From the NCBI GenBank assembly GCA_030684515.1, contig JAUXVJ010000024.1, forward strand, positions 39,663 to 103,662: 64,000 nt of DNA. The letters are read 5' to 3'. The first letter of the stretch is position 1, and every line of letters begins with the position of its first letter. Below, one piece after another: positions 1-13,330 of the stretch. Source of the DNA: Actinomycetota bacterium. Lineage in GTDB: Bacteria; Actinomycetota; Actinomycetes; S36-B12. The position numbers and the translations under genes are program-made. The notes below the pieces were generated by a model. The model saw only the letters and a list, made by a program, of their open reading frames with translations, was not told where the DNA came from and searched no databases.

Positions 1-432
1 GCGCCCATTGCAGTGGCGGGCTCAGGACTGCGACCCGATGATTTCCGATCTGGTGCTGGCCGAGTCCGGCTGACAAGAGTTGAACTTGCCGAACAGGTCG
101 GACTCACAGACGCGGTGATCGCCCAATTGGAATCAGTTGGGCTGGTGGTCTGCACGGCTGGCGGTCATTACGACGAAGATGCTCTGGCTATCGCTTCGGT
201 GGTCGCCCGGCTGTCCGAATTCGGCGTCGAGCCCCGCCACCTGCGCGGATTCCGCGTGACAGCCGACCGCGACAGCGGCTTGCTCGATCAGATTGCCACC
301 CCATTCACCCGCCCTCGTGATCAGGAAGCACGCTCACGCGCCCAGGAAACCATCCGAGAGCTGGCGGCCCTGTTCGTTCAGTTGCATGCAGCATTGCTAC
401 GCGCCGAGTTGGTCCGCGGCGGGAAGGTCTAG
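1..432 (+). CDS. MerR-family transcriptional regulator, 3' part (5' end outside window; Rv1828-like)
   Basis: Reading frame is open to the window edge. HTH-like repeat RVRLTRVELAEQVGLTDAVIAQLE. First member of the conserved actinobacterial MerR / BFN nuclease / MerR / gcvP block. Confidence 0.6.
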   Translation, partial: APIAVAGSGLRPDDFRSGAGRVRLTRVELAEQVGLTDAVIAQLESVGLVVCTAGGHYDEDALAIASVVARLSEFGVEPRHLRGFRVTADRDSGLLDQIATPFTRPRDQEARSRAQETIRELAALFVQLHAALLRAELVRGGKV

Positions 433-447
433 CACTACTCTGGATCT

Positions 448-918
448 GTGCACGCAGTTGAGTTCATCGGCGTCCGGATGGAGATGCCATCGAATACTCC
501 GATCGTGCTGCTCAAGGAAACCGAAGGCACCCGGGTTATTCCCATTTGGATTGGTGCCGTTGAGGCAACTGCCATCGCATATGCACAGCAAGGCGTTGTT
601 CCGCCTCGACCACTGACTCACGACCTCATGAAGGACATCCTGCTGGCCGTGGGTGCAGAACTGCGTGAGGTCCAGATCTCGGCATTGACTGATGGAGTGT
701 TCTACGCCTCCCTGCTGTTCGCCAATGGCGTGCAGGTGAGCGCACGACCTTCCGATGCGGTGGCACTGGCTCTGCGCTTGCAGGTTCCGATCACTGCCGC
801 GGAGGAGGTGCTCGAAGAAGCAGGGGTCGAAATGCCTGAAGATGACGAGCCCGAGGACGAGGTCGAGCAGTTCCGGGCCTTCCTGGACCAGATCTCACCC
901 GAGGATTTTCAGGAGTGA
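448..918 (+). CDS. Bifunctional nuclease (BFN/DUF151) family protein, Rv1829-like
   Basis: 156 aa. Motifs IPIWIGAVEATAIA and PRPLTHDLMKD, plus an acidic C-terminal tail. Conserved synteny. Confidence 0.8.
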   Translation: MHAVEFIGVRMEMPSNTPIVLLKETEGTRVIPIWIGAVEATAIAYAQQGVVPPRPLTHDLMKDILLAVGAELREVQISALTDGVFYASLLFANGVQVSARPSDAVALALRLQVPITAAEEVLEEAGVEMPEDDEPEDEVEQFRAFLDQISPEDFQE

Positions 919-1051
919 ACCCTCACGTGATGGTTCAGACTTCGCCCAGTCGGACACCCGTGTGTCGCATTGACCATGATGGGGCCTTGTTCATAGCGTC
1001 AGCACTGCCCACTTCCCCAGTGGTGCGTCCGGGCTGTGCAGGAGGCAATAC

Positions 1052-1618
1052 GTGAACGTTGAGAGTCCTAAGACAGATGGTCAAGGCTCCTTGTTTGACG
1101 ATGCCGATCTGCGCCCGCTGCCTGCTGACATCGGCTACCGCGGACCCATCGCCTGCTCTGCTGCCGGCATCACCTACCGCCAGCTCGACTACTGGGCACG
1201 CACTGAACTCGTGCAGCCATCGGTTCGTGGAGCAGCAGGTTCAGGAACTCAGCGTCTGTACAGTTTTCGCGACATCCTGGTGCTGCGCATCGTCAAGCGA
1301 TTGATTGACACCGGCGTCTCGCTTCCGAATATCCGCGCAGCAGTTGACCACCTGGCTTTGCGCTCCCATGAGGATCTGGCTCGCATGACGCTGATGAGTG
1401 ACGGCGCCACCATCTATGAGTGCCGAAGTGCTGACGAGGTCGTGGATCTGGTGCGCGGCGGCCAAGGAGTCTTCGGGATCGCTGTCGGCAGCGTCTGGCG
1501 TGAGGTCGAAGGCACTCTTGCCGCGCTGCCCGGAGAACGCCCCGACGGTGAAGCCGTCAATCCACCCAGTGCCAGTGATGAGCTTGCCGCCCGTCGCGCG
1601 CGCCGGGTCGCCGGCTGA
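1052..1618 (+). CDS. MerR-family transcriptional regulator, Rv1830-like
   Basis: 188 aa. MerR HTH ITYRQLDYWARTELV...RLYSFRDILVLRIVKRLIDTGVSL. Synteny upstream of gcvP. Confidence 0.8.
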   Translation: MNVESPKTDGQGSLFDDADLRPLPADIGYRGPIACSAAGITYRQLDYWARTELVQPSVRGAAGSGTQRLYSFRDILVLRIVKRLIDTGVSLPNIRAAVDHLALRSHEDLARMTLMSDGATIYECRSADEVVDLVRGGQGVFGIAVGSVWREVEGTLAALPGERPDGEAVNPPSASDELAARRARRVAG

Positions 1619-1654
1619 ACTGCTCAGCTATAGGCTGTGCTTGCTGATTGACCC

Positions 1655-1858
1655 CACGCGGGAGAGTCTGGCGTTCATTTCGGTGAACGGCAGCGCCGAA
1701 GGAGCAAATCTCCCCGACAACCTCTCAGGCAAACGGACCGCATGGGGAAGGCACCTCTGGAAGGCGGGCTTGCGCCCCACCGACGGTGAAACTGATGCGC
1801 GAGCATCGGGAAACTCTCAGGTCGCGATCCAATCGCGGGCAACAGAGGGGGAGAAGGC
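1655..1858 (+). promoter_or_regulatory. Tandem glycine riboswitch (two aptamers) in the gcvP leader
   Basis: Aptamer 1: GGGAGAG...CGCCGAAGGAGCAA...CTCAGGCAAACGGACCG. Aptamer 2: CTCTGGAAGG...CACCGACGGTGAAA...CTCAGGT...GGCAACAGAGGGGGAG. Sits immediately 5' of the gcvP ATG. Confidence 0.85.
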
Positions 1859-1887
1859 ACAACCGTGCCCTCGACCCGGGGAGAGTC

Positions 1888-4758
1888 ATGTCCGAACGCG
1901 AATTCAGCTTTGTCGATCGCCACATTGGTCCAGATGAGCCTGCTGTCGAGCACATGCTTGCCACCCTTGGCTACGCCAACCTCGATGCGTTCACCTCTGC
2001 TGTAGTCCCCGAAGTCATCGCCTGGACTGATGCGCTCGAACTACCAGCGGCCGTGGATGAGTTCGCGGTGCTGGCAGAACTGCGCGCGATTGCAGCGCGC
2101 AACTCAGTGAAGACCAGCATGATCGGACTGGGCTATTCCGATACCCATACGCCAGCAGTGATCAGGCGCAATGTCCTTGAGAATCCCGCTTGGTACACGG
2201 CCTATACGCCATACCAGCCTGAGATCAGTCAAGGTCGGCTCGAGGCACTCCTGAACTTCCAGACGATGATCGAGGATCTCACGGCTCTGCCAGTCGCTGG
2301 ATCCTCGCTCTTGGACGAACCCACTGCAGCTGCCGAGGCGATGGCGCTCAGTGTTCGTCAGGGACCCAAAGGAGTGCAGCGCTTTCTCGTGGATGCGGAC
2401 ACGCATCCGCAGACTCTTGCGGTGCTCAACACGCGTGCAGAGCCTATGGATATCGAGTTGATCCAAGCCGATCTCAGTCAGGAGTGGCCAAGCGGACCGT
2501 GGTCGGGCGTGCTGATCAGCTACCCCGGATCGTCCGGAATCGTCCCCGACTTAGGCGCACTGATTGCCAGGGCTCATGATGCCGGAGCGCTTGCAGTTGT
2601 TGCTGCCGATCTGCTGGCGTTGTGTGTGTTCACACCTCCAGGTGAGCTGGGAGCCGACATTGTGATCGGCTCTGCACAGCGTTTTGGCGTGCCGATGGGC
2701 TTCGGTGGACCGCACGCCGGCTATATGTCGGTTCGCGCAGGCCTTGAGCGCTCGCTGCCTGGTCGACTCGTCGGCGTGAGTCTTGATGCTGATGGCAACC
2801 CTGCATATCGACTGGCGTTGCAAACTCGTGAGCAGCACATTCGCCGAGAGAAGGCCACAAGCAATATCTGCACTGCACAGGTGCTGTTGGCGATCATCTC
2901 GGCGATGTATGCCAGCTACCACGGCCCAAGCGGGCTCACGGCCATTGCGCAACGTGTGCATCGAAGCGCCTTGGTGCTGCGCACCGGCTTGCAGCGTTTG
3001 GGGGCCACGACTTCGGAGGCGCCGATTTTCGACACAGTGCAGTGGCAGGTGCCCGGCAAGGCGGATGAGATCTGTGCAGCAATCGCAGACAATGGAGTCA
3101 ACATTCGCGTCGTGGATGCGGACACCTTGTCGGCGTCAACCGACGAACTGACACAGGCTGAGCATGTGCAGATCATTTGGGATGCAACCGCTCAGGCTCT
3201 TGGTCTGAACAGCACTGCAGATCTGACCACTCTTGAGAATGAAGTCGTGAGTTTTGCTACGCGCACCTCATCCTTCCTGCAGCATCCGGTCTTCAATACA
3301 CATCACAGCGAGACGTCGATGATGCGCTACCTGCGCAAACTTGCCGATCGCGACATCGCCCTCGATCGAGCCATGATCCCGCTGGGTTCATGCACGATGA
3401 AGCTGAACGCGGCAACGGAGATGGAGTCCATCACCTGGCCAGAATTTGCCGGATTGCATCCCTTTGCTCCGACCGGCGATGCAGCGGGATCCATTGACTT
3501 GATTCAATCCCTAGAACGGTACCTCGCAGAGATCACTGGTTACGACTACGTCAGCGTGCAGCCCAACGCCGGGTCTCAAGGCGAGTTCGCAGGACTGCTC
3601 GCCATCCGTGCCTATCACCACTCAAATGGTGAGCACGCCCGAAATGTCTGCCTGATTCCCAGCAGCGCTCACGGCACCAATGCCGCAAGTGCAGTGATGG
3701 TCGGCATGCGCGTGGTCGTCGTGAAGTGCGATGAGTACGGAAATGTCGATCTCGATGATCTCAACTTGCGGATAGCCGAACATGGCCCCCAACTCAGCGC
3801 CTTGATGATCACCTATCCATCCACACATGGCGTGTTCGAGACTGCAGTAGCCGACATCTGCGCGCTGGTGCACGACGCGGGTGGCCAGGTCTACGTCGAT
3901 GGCGCAAATCTCAATGCCCTGGTCGGGCTAGCCAAGCCCGGGCGATTTGGGGCTGACGTATCGCATCTGAACCTCCACAAGACTTTCTGCATTCCGCATG
4001 GAGGCGGTGGTCCAGGTGTTGGACCTGTTGCAGTGCGTGAGCACTTGGCGCCATTCCTGCCCTCGCATCCCTTGCGACCAGAAGCCGGACCCTTGGGTCG
4101 AGGCCATCGCGATGGTGGAGTAGGTCCGGTCAGCGGCGCGCCTTGGGGGAGTGCAGGCATTCTGCCAATTCCTTGGGCCTATATCCGAATGATGGGTGCC
4201 GAGGGTTTGAAGCGCGCAACTCAAGTGGCCATATTGTCGGCGAACTACATCGCCAGGCGACTCAACGATCACTATCCCGTCCTGTATACAGGCAGCACCG
4301 GACTTGTGGCGCACGAATGCATTCTGGACGTCCGCCCGATCACTTCGGCGACTGGTGTCACGGTGGACGACATCGCCAAACGACTGATGGATTACGGCTT
4401 TCACTCGCCGACAATGTCTTTCCCGGTGGCAGGAACTCTGATGATTGAACCCACGGAGTCCGAAGATCTGCTCGAAATTGATCGCTTCATTGACGCGATG
4501 ATCTCCATCAAGACGGAAGTCGATGAAGTTGCGGCCGGAATCTGGCCACTTGAGGACAGTCCTTTGCGCAATGCCCCGCATACAGCCGATTGCGTCATCG
4601 GGGATTGGGACCACAGTTACCCGGCCAGGCTTGGCGCCTTTCCCGCTGGAATTGCCCAGGCTGATAAATACTGGCCGCCTGTCCGGCGTATCGATGGCGC
4701 ATATGGCGATCGCAATCTCGTGTGCAGCTGCCCAAGCCCCGCTGAACTCGCAACGTGA
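1888..4758 (+). CDS. gcvP: Glycine dehydrogenase (aminomethyl-transferring), glycine cleavage P protein
   Basis: 956 aa from ATG 1888 ([15 protein letters not shown]), preceded by a GGGGAGAG SD. PLP-lysine region [18 protein letters not shown]. The longer ORF start at 1786 lies inside the riboswitch. Confidence 0.95.
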   Translation: MSEREFSFVDRHIGPDEPAVEHMLATLGYANLDAFTSAVVPEVIAWTDALELPAAVDEFAVLAELRAIAARNSVKTSMIGLGYSDTHTPAVIRRNVLENPAWYTAYTPYQPEISQGRLEALLNFQTMIEDLTALPVAGSSLLDEPTAAAEAMALSVRQGPKGVQRFLVDADTHPQTLAVLNTRAEPMDIELIQADLSQEWPSGPWSGVLISYPGSSGIVPDLGALIARAHDAGALAVVAADLLALCVFTPPGELGADIVIGSAQRFGVPMGFGGPHAGYMSVRAGLERSLPGRLVGVSLDADGNPAYRLALQTREQHIRREKATSNICTAQVLLAIISAMYASYHGPSGLTAIAQRVHRSALVLRTGLQRLGATTSEAPIFDTVQWQVPGKADEICAAIADNGVNIRVVDADTLSASTDELTQAEHVQIIWDATAQALGLNSTADLTTLENEVVSFATRTSSFLQHPVFNTHHSETSMMRYLRKLADRDIALDRAMIPLGSCTMKLNAATEMESITWPEFAGLHPFAPTGDAAGSIDLIQSLERYLAEITGYDYVSVQPNAGSQGEFAGLLAIRAYHHSNGEHARNVCLIPSSAHGTNAASAVMVGMRVVVVKCDEYGNVDLDDLNLRIAEHGPQLSALMITYPSTHGVFETAVADICALVHDAGGQVYVDGANLNALVGLAKPGRFGADVSHLNLHKTFCIPHGGGGPGVGPVAVREHLAPFLPSHPLRPEAGPLGRGHRDGGVGPVSGAPWGSAGILPIPWAYIRMMGAEGLKRATQVAILSANYIARRLNDHYPVLYTGSTGLVAHECILDVRPITSATGVTVDDIAKRLMDYGFHSPTMSFPVAGTLMIEPTESEDLLEIDRFIDAMISIKTEVDEVAAGIWPLEDSPLRNAPHTADCVIGDWDHSYPARLGAFPAGIAQADKYWPPVRRIDGAYGDRNLVCSCPSPAELAT

Positions 4759-5057
4759 GCGAAGCATTCTCTTTGACCTTGTGCGTGCAGTTGTGGCCAC
4801 AGCCCGGGCAAGAGGCAGCCTTGATTCAATTTGAGGACCAGGTGTTGGCACTGATACCGCGACATGGCGGAACGGTGCTGCAACGCGTGCGACGTGTAGA
4901 CGATGGCGAGGAGGCCTTCGAGACACATGTCATCACCTTTCCCGATCAATCGGCATTCGAGTCATACATGCATGATCCTGAACGCCTCGCCTTGCTTGCT
5001 GTGCGCGAAATTGCTATCGCCAGAACTGTCAGCACGCCTGTAGTGCTGGTGAGGTAG
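4755..5057 (+). CDS. Hypothetical protein (weak DUF1330 / dimeric alpha-beta-barrel resemblance)
   Basis: 100 aa. GTG start overlaps the gcvP stop (GTGA), suggesting translational coupling. Pattern ...[19 protein letters not shown].... Confidence 0.5.
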   Translation: MSEAFSLTLCVQLWPQPGQEAALIQFEDQVLALIPRHGGTVLQRVRRVDDGEEAFETHVITFPDQSAFESYMHDPERLALLAVREIAIARTVSTPVVLVR

Positions 5058-5125
5058 ATAGTTCCATTCATTTGTCACTGTCATCCCGATAGATTGTCGA
5101 CACAGACGATCTTGGGGGAGCAGCA

Positions 5126-5908
5126 ATGACCAACACGGGTGTTCGACGAACCTCCTTCTTTGCAGGTGTTGCAGCGTTTGCGTTGCTGACATTGAGCGGT
5201 TGCATCAACGTGACATACACGATCAACGTCAACCCAGATGCGTCGTTGTCGGGCACGGTGCAACTCGCAGTAACGAAGCAGGCCGCCTCAATTCTGGGTA
5301 TCACTGACGCCGACGACTTGAACGAGAAGTTGAAGTCGGGCCAATTGAGCGAAGAGATGCCCACCAAGGCTGTGGACAATTGCACAGCAAGCGAGGACGC
5401 GACGAATCTGATCTTGAATTGCAAGCTTGAGAACGCACAAGCATCGGACTTGAACGAAGCCTGGACGATGACTGTCAATGGCGACACCGCTACCTTCCGT
5501 GCTGTTCTCGGCGACAGTTCGAGTGCAGAGGCCGCGGGACTTCCCGGATTCTCAACCGGTGAATACGACCTCACACTCACCTACCCAGGTCCCATATCGT
5601 CAGTCACAGGAGATCGCGCGGTGAAGACAGGGCCGAACACCGTCACGGTGAAAGGCACCTTGGACGAGGCCCTGGACCTCACGGTTGTCGGCTCCTTGAA
5701 CAGCGGCAGTTCGTCGATGCTGTGGATCTATGTCTTGCTGGGCGCGCTGGCAGTGGGCGCTATTGCATTGCTGGTGTTCGTCCTGCGGGCTGGGTCTGGC
5801 GGTCCGAAGGCTGACGCGCAGCCAGCGATCGACAGCGAAAGCCAGGTTCCAGCGATTGAGGCAACGCCTGAGACACCAGAAGGCAAAGAGTCCGGCGACC
5901 AGCAATGA
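5126..5908 (+). CDS. LppM/DUF3153-like lipoprotein with C-terminal membrane anchor
   Basis: 260 aa. Lipobox LLTLSGC follows a basic N-terminus. C-terminal TM MLWIYVLLGALAVGAIALLVFVL, then a low-complexity tail. Confidence 0.6.
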   Translation: MTNTGVRRTSFFAGVAAFALLTLSGCINVTYTINVNPDASLSGTVQLAVTKQAASILGITDADDLNEKLKSGQLSEEMPTKAVDNCTASEDATNLILNCKLENAQASDLNEAWTMTVNGDTATFRAVLGDSSSAEAAGLPGFSTGEYDLTLTYPGPISSVTGDRAVKTGPNTVTVKGTLDEALDLTVVGSLNSGSSSMLWIYVLLGALAVGAIALLVFVLRAGSGGPKADAQPAIDSESQVPAIEATPETPEGKESGDQQ

Positions 5909-6711
5909 GCACTCTGGCCGACAGAACCATCGAGGCGCTCCGGGCCAATCGCGATGACCTCGCCGACCAGGTACTGCAGTTCTCTGCCGCCGATCTGGAT
6001 CGCACCTCGGGATCCAGCCAATGGGATGTTGCGCAGGTCCTCAGTCATCTGGGCAGCGGAGCTGAGATCGGTCTTGAGGGATTGCGGCGGGCACTCACCG
6101 GGCAGGTGAGCCCGCCACAGGACTTCAACCAGATCGTGTGGGATCGATGGAATGCCATGTCGCAGCAGGAGAAGTCCGATGGATTCCTGGAGTCAACCGA
6201 ACTGCTGCTGTCGACTTACGAGGCCATCGATGCCCAAACGCGCATTGATCTGCGCTTCAATCTCGGCTTTCTCCCGGCGCCAGTAGACCTGGCAGTAGTG
6301 ACCGGCATGCGACTGAACGAAGCGCTGTTGCATGCCTGGGATGTTCGCGTGGCATTTGATCCTCAGGCCAGCATCCCCGGAGCCCTTGCGGCAGTACTGC
6401 TCGAGCAGTTCTCCGGGCCGGTCAGCTTCTTCATGGGATTCCTGGGACGCACGGCCGGGTTGCATGGCGAGCGATTCACCCTGCAGGTCAACACCACAGA
6501 CCCAAGTGGGAGCCTGGGGCTTTCTTTCGCAGAGTCCGTCAGCATCACTGAAGCTCCTGCCTTCCCTGACGCAGTGCTGTCCATTCCGACCGAGGCACTC
6601 ATGCGGCTGTGGAGTGGTCGGTTGTCGGCAGCTCACACGCCGGAAGGAGTTGAGCTCATCGGTACGAGTCTGACCCTGGACGATCTGCGCGGAGTCTTTC
6701 CTGGTCTGTGA
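5905..6711 (+). CDS. Mycothiol-dependent maleylpyruvate-isomerase-family (DinB_2/MDMPI_N) protein
   Basis: 268 aa. N-terminal DinB-like motif SQWDVAQVLSHLGSGAE. Start overlaps the preceding stop. Confidence 0.7.
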   Translation: MSTLADRTIEALRANRDDLADQVLQFSAADLDRTSGSSQWDVAQVLSHLGSGAEIGLEGLRRALTGQVSPPQDFNQIVWDRWNAMSQQEKSDGFLESTELLLSTYEAIDAQTRIDLRFNLGFLPAPVDLAVVTGMRLNEALLHAWDVRVAFDPQASIPGALAAVLLEQFSGPVSFFMGFLGRTAGLHGERFTLQVNTTDPSGSLGLSFAESVSITEAPAFPDAVLSIPTEALMRLWSGRLSAAHTPEGVELIGTSLTLDDLRGVFPGL

Positions 6712-6723
6712 TGCAACAAATAC

Positions 6724-6778
6724 CACGAGCCGTGATCTGCCTAAGGCATCAAATGCCCGCGACTGATCACGGCTCGTG
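6724..6778. terminator. Perfect 14-bp inverted repeat between convergent genes (putative bidirectional terminator)
   Basis: CACGAGCCGTGATC (6724-6737) pairs with GATCACGGCTCGTG (6765-6778). The loop holds an inner GGCAT-caa-ATGCC hairpin. No clear U-tract. Confidence 0.45.
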
Positions 6779-6796
6779 AACACTTCTGATGGAAAG

Positions 6797-7693
6797 TTAG
6801 CCGCGTGGATCTCCAGGAATGGCAATGTCCGTGAATCGCATGGGCGCCCCGAAGGTGTCGTCAGGGTCGGCGATCAGGGTGTGCTCGTCCCGTCCGATGA
6901 TGCGAATGCCCTTGGACTCCAAGAATGTGGAGGCCCGATCCAGATCCAGCACCTGCCAAGTGACTGCATGGCACATGTCACCGTTCTTCTCCAGATCGCG
7001 TGCGGCAATCGAATCATCAGTAGTGGGGCGGGAAAGCTCAACGATGGTGTTCTCACCTACCGACACGTAGAGATTGTGCGTGCCGGTCAGTTCAGACATG
7101 TTCTCGTGAATCAAATCGCCGCCAAGTACCTTGGTGAAGAGCTCCTGCGCCTTGTTCAAGTCGGCAACAACGACAGTTGCATAGGCCATCCGCTTGAGCC
7201 CAAGCGGATACTTCTCCCAAGCCAGGGCATCAAAATCAGCGTTGTACCGGGGATCAACAGGCATCACATGCGGGTAGAACTCCAACTGCGTATGGGTGTC
7301 CCGAGGATGGGTGAACAGCGATCCGTCTTCTGGTCGAGTCGGGAGCGCTACACCGCCATCGGTCACTACTCGCACACCGAGTTGAGTCATGGTGTCCCAT
7401 GCGTCCCCTACATCGTCGATATACCAGGCAAGCGAATGCCAGTGACGTCCGAAACGGTTGTAGAAGCGACCAACCGGCATGAGTTCAGAGCCTTCGATGT
7501 CGCTTTCGGCCATGGGCTCAATGATCGCGTCGCCAATCACAATGAGCGATGCGTCGCGCTTCTCAATGGGGGAGTACCCAGCATCCATCAGCCCGCGAGT
7601 CGGATTGAAGACATCGTCATACCAAGCATCAAGCTCAGCGAGATCGTCCGAGATATGAATGATGTGAAAGAGCTTGCCGATGGTGAAGGACAT
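6797..7693 (-). CDS. VOC-family protein (glyoxalase/bleomycin-resistance/extradiol-dioxygenase fold)
   Basis: 298 aa from ATG 7693 (MSFTIGKLFHIIH) with a GAGGAG SD. The upstream part of the 438-aa ORF looks non-coding. Confidence 0.75.
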   Translation of the reverse strand: MSFTIGKLFHIIHISDDLAELDAWYDDVFNPTRGLMDAGYSPIEKRDASLIVIGDAIIEPMAESDIEGSELMPVGRFYNRFGRHWHSLAWYIDDVGDAWDTMTQLGVRVVTDGGVALPTRPEDGSLFTHPRDTHTQLEFYPHVMPVDPRYNADFDALAWEKYPLGLKRMAYATVVVADLNKAQELFTKVLGGDLIHENMSELTGTHNLYVSVGENTIVELSRPTTDDSIAARDLEKNGDMCHAVTWQVLDLDRASTFLESKGIRIIGRDEHTLIADPDDTFGAPMRFTDIAIPGDPRG

Positions 7694-7816
7694 GTCACTC
7701 CTCGAGGGATTGGTGGAGCTGCCATGAGGCAGCACAGTGCAGTTCAGGGTGTGTGCGCACAGTAGGGCTCCTGCAGTCAGCTGGGTGCAGGATTGGGAAA
7801 TCTGCCGTTTCTGCTC

Positions 7817-7849
7817 TTTGCATTTGTGCAAACTTGCAGTGTGTGCAAA
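7817..7849. promoter_or_regulatory. Candidate TetR operator
   Basis: Palindrome TTTGCAtttgTGCAAA (7817-7832) plus a second GTGCAAA copy (7843-7849), 10-40 bp upstream of the tetR ATG in a divergent intergenic region. Confidence 0.45.
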
Positions 7850-7858
7850 TATTAATCC

Positions 7859-10703
<2,845 letters not shown>

Positions 10704-10835
10704 CCAGCGTGTTCGATGTGGGCCGGACAAGTTCGGGTCTGGGCCAACAGCAGACAGTGGTGTGCAAATGTTCGTCATTTCCCGATCTGAACGCCACTTC
10801 CCCTACGCTGAGAACACAACTCTGGACTGGCCGAT

Positions 10836-12110
10836 ATGCAGCCGGAAGCCGACCACTGGGAGGGCCCGATGACATTGGCTCCCGTGCGTGCGGATGCGGC
10901 ATCAAGCGTGCGCAGCAAGGGCGCCTGGGCGATCGTTGGCGCCACGTTCATCATGCTGGCGTTCAACACCGGATTTGGCTTCTATGCCCTGGGAGCCTTC
11001 AACCGCGGCTACATCGACAGCGTTGGGATGAGCGTCTCTGCCACATCTGCCGGAGCCACCATCTTCTTGCTCGCCGGCGGAATATCCGGTTTGTTTGTCG
11101 CTCGCCTCATGAAACAGGTGGGCATTCGATGGCTCCTACTGGCCGGCACCGTCGGCTCGGCCGCGTGTCTGGCCATGCTCGGAGCTGTCACCCAGGTGTG
11201 GCAGATGTGGGCCGTCTTCCTGATCTTCGGTCTGGTTTCGGCTGGCTTCTCGATGATTCCCACTTCAGCAATGGTGCTTGGAGAATTCGCCGAGGAGTCC
11301 GTCGCCCGACCCATGGCAGTGATGGCCACCGGCTTCTCGGTTGGTGGAGCGGTGCTCGCGCCGATCATCACCGCAGTTGTGCTGAGTTTCGGCATCGCCA
11401 CTGCAGGCATAGCCATGGCCTTGACCTTGCTCGTCGTGATGATTCCGCTTTCGATCGCAGCCACTGGCCATGAACCGCGCATTGGCAGCGCCACATATGT
11501 TGCGACCAAGGTTGAAAAGGCGACTGGCAAGGAACAGCACGGCAGTGGTGGATGGCCGTTCTTTGGGGTCTGCATCGCCTACAGCCTGCTACTCATCACT
11601 CAGGTCTCGGTCGTCATCCATTTGCTCACTTTGGCCACCGAGCGGGGGATTGGCGGCGCCGCCATCACCTTGTCCCTGTTTGCCAGCATGGCCTTTGTTG
11701 GTCGGCTCATCGGGCTGGCGATCATGCCCCGCTTCACTCTCCGATCACTGAGTGTGGTGATGGCCGGCCTACAGGTGCTCGCGCTCTGCATCCTGGCCTT
11801 CTCCGCCGACCTCATGTGGTTGGCGATCGGAGCCGCCCTCATGGGATTGCCATCGGGCAACAATCAAGTGTTCATGCCCCTGTGGCTGCTGAATCTGTTC
11901 GGTGCGGCTCGCTACCCGACAGTCTTTGCTCGTTCGAACCTCATCACCGGATTCAGCGTTGCCCTCGGCCCGCTCTATGTCGGCGTCGTGCATGAGTCCG
12001 CTGGAAACTACCAACTGCCATTCCTGGTGCTGGCTGCCAGTGCCGTCTGCGCGGGGGTGATCATCGCGACTCTGCCGCACAAGGGAGCGACAGATCACGA
12101 AATGTCATAA
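10836..12110 (+). CDS. MFS transporter (12-TM type, substrate unknown)
   Basis: 424 aa with a continuous hydrophobic-segment profile. Start uncertain (alternative ATG at 10869). The stop codon TAA lies inside the island direct repeat. Confidence 0.75.
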   Translation: MQPEADHWEGPMTLAPVRADAASSVRSKGAWAIVGATFIMLAFNTGFGFYALGAFNRGYIDSVGMSVSATSAGATIFLLAGGISGLFVARLMKQVGIRWLLLAGTVGSAACLAMLGAVTQVWQMWAVFLIFGLVSAGFSMIPTSAMVLGEFAEESVARPMAVMATGFSVGGAVLAPIITAVVLSFGIATAGIAMALTLLVVMIPLSIAATGHEPRIGSATYVATKVEKATGKEQHGSGGWPFFGVCIAYSLLLITQVSVVIHLLTLATERGIGGAAITLSLFASMAFVGRLIGLAIMPRFTLRSLSVVMAGLQVLALCILAFSADLMWLAIGAALMGLPSGNNQVFMPLWLLNLFGAARYPTVFARSNLITGFSVALGPLYVGVVHESAGNYQLPFLVLAASAVCAGVIIATLPHKGATDHEMS

Positions 12111-12129
12111 TGTGCATTATCGGCGTTAG
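12108..12129. repeat. Left direct repeat (attL-like) of the 5.1-kb insertion
   Basis: TAATGTGCATTATCGGCGTTAG. The same 18-mer TAATGTGCATTATCGGCG plus TTAG recurs at 17210-17232. Confidence 0.7.
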
Positions 12130-12303
12130 AACCAACTACAGCATTAGTAATGTCATTCGCGTGGTTATCGGCTAACTATCACTTCTGTCACATCAGTCAC
12201 AACGTGGCAAAGGCAACTACATAGCCCATGACCGTCATATTACCTTGAGAAAGCAGATTCAGGCGTCTATAGCCTCAGGTAGAAACCTCAGGTATGAGAA
12301 GTG

Positions 12304-12690
12304 CTACGGGGTACTTGAAGCGCTACGAGGACCACAAATGGCTGAAATGGACTTCACTTTCCCATTCAACTCAGTAGCACTTTGTGACGATAGATAAATC
12401 TCCTCCGATGGAATCACCTGCACATTGGAGAGTTCTCTGACTACCGCCTTCAAATCCTCATTCTGAATACTGGGCCAAACCGCAGACATTCCTATGACCA
12501 TGCGCTGAGCATTGGCAAGATCATCATCTTGGGCATATTGACCAGTACCCAGTTTCGTGTCATGAGCGCCTATCTCATCCCAAGCAGTCCTGATCTGAAT
12601 GCAGTCTGAACTCACTGTGTCACTGCTACACGCAGTCAGAGATAGAATCAATCCAATGCCTACGAACGAACCTAGGTTGCCAATCCTCAT
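12304..12690 (-). CDS. Hypothetical lipoprotein
   Basis: 128 aa. Lipobox LILSLTAC. No recognisable domain. Confidence 0.55.
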   Translation of the reverse strand: MRIGNLGSFVGIGLILSLTACSSDTVSSDCIQIRTAWDEIGAHDTKLGTGQYAQDDDLANAQRMVIGMSAVWPSIQNEDLKAVVRELSNVQVIPSEEIYLSSQSATELNGKVKSISAICGPRSASSTP

Positions 12691-12827
12691 GGAAGAACGC
12701 TAGTCCACCATAGTGTGACTTCCTTTGAACTGCGGCTTGTCCATTGCCCTAAATGCATGCTCTTCGCGCAACGATCATCGCAAGCGAGATCAAGTACACA
12801 CGGTCCAATAGAAGTGTTGATCGTCAT

Positions 12828-13322
12828 TCACAACTCTTCCTTGTGGTCCTCAAGGTCTTCACATACACCCACTCCACGTCGCCATCTATGACCCCAGACA
12901 TCAGTGAAATAGAACTCGATGGGGCCAATGGGACAGTCGGGATGTTGTGGATGTACTGGGCTGCTGGCCGCAAAGTAGTCTGAAATTGTCTGCTTAGGAA
13001 CGACAGTTGAAAGCGTCTTGCAGTCAACATTCGCTTCCGCTAGGTAGACATTGACATCGTCAATTGGATAATCACCAAAGTTGGTGATCTGGAATTTGAA
13101 TCGCCAGACACCGCCAGTCAGGGCTTCATGATCTATCTGAAGCGCTACGGAGCGAGCCATGGCAAGGCGCTGATCCTTTTCAGATTGGCCCTTATCTCGC
13201 TTCCAAAGGAAGACTGTGACTACCACTGCAATGAGGGCCACGAGTGTCCCTAAGGCCTGCACCCATGCCGCCGCTACCAACGCAGCATCAGACACATCGA
13301 TGTGGATACCAATGTCGGGCAA
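12828..13322 (-). CDS. Hypothetical membrane-anchored protein
   Basis: 164 aa. One N-terminal TM (AAWVQALGTLVALIAVVVTVFLW) and an unknown C-terminal domain. Confidence 0.5.
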   Translation of the reverse strand: MPDIGIHIDVSDAALVAAAWVQALGTLVALIAVVVTVFLWKRDKGQSEKDQRLAMARSVALQIDHEALTGGVWRFKFQITNFGDYPIDDVNVYLAEANVDCKTLSTVVPKQTISDYFAASSPVHPQHPDCPIGPIEFYFTDVWGHRWRRGVGVCEDLEDHKEEL

Positions 13323-13330
13323 CCTCGGCC

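Noticed and set aside
3928-4926. 332-aa ORF antisense to gcvP
   Set aside because: Shadow ORF typical of high-GC DNA. It has Arg/Pro/Ala-rich low-complexity composition and lies fully inside a well-supported gene on the other strand.
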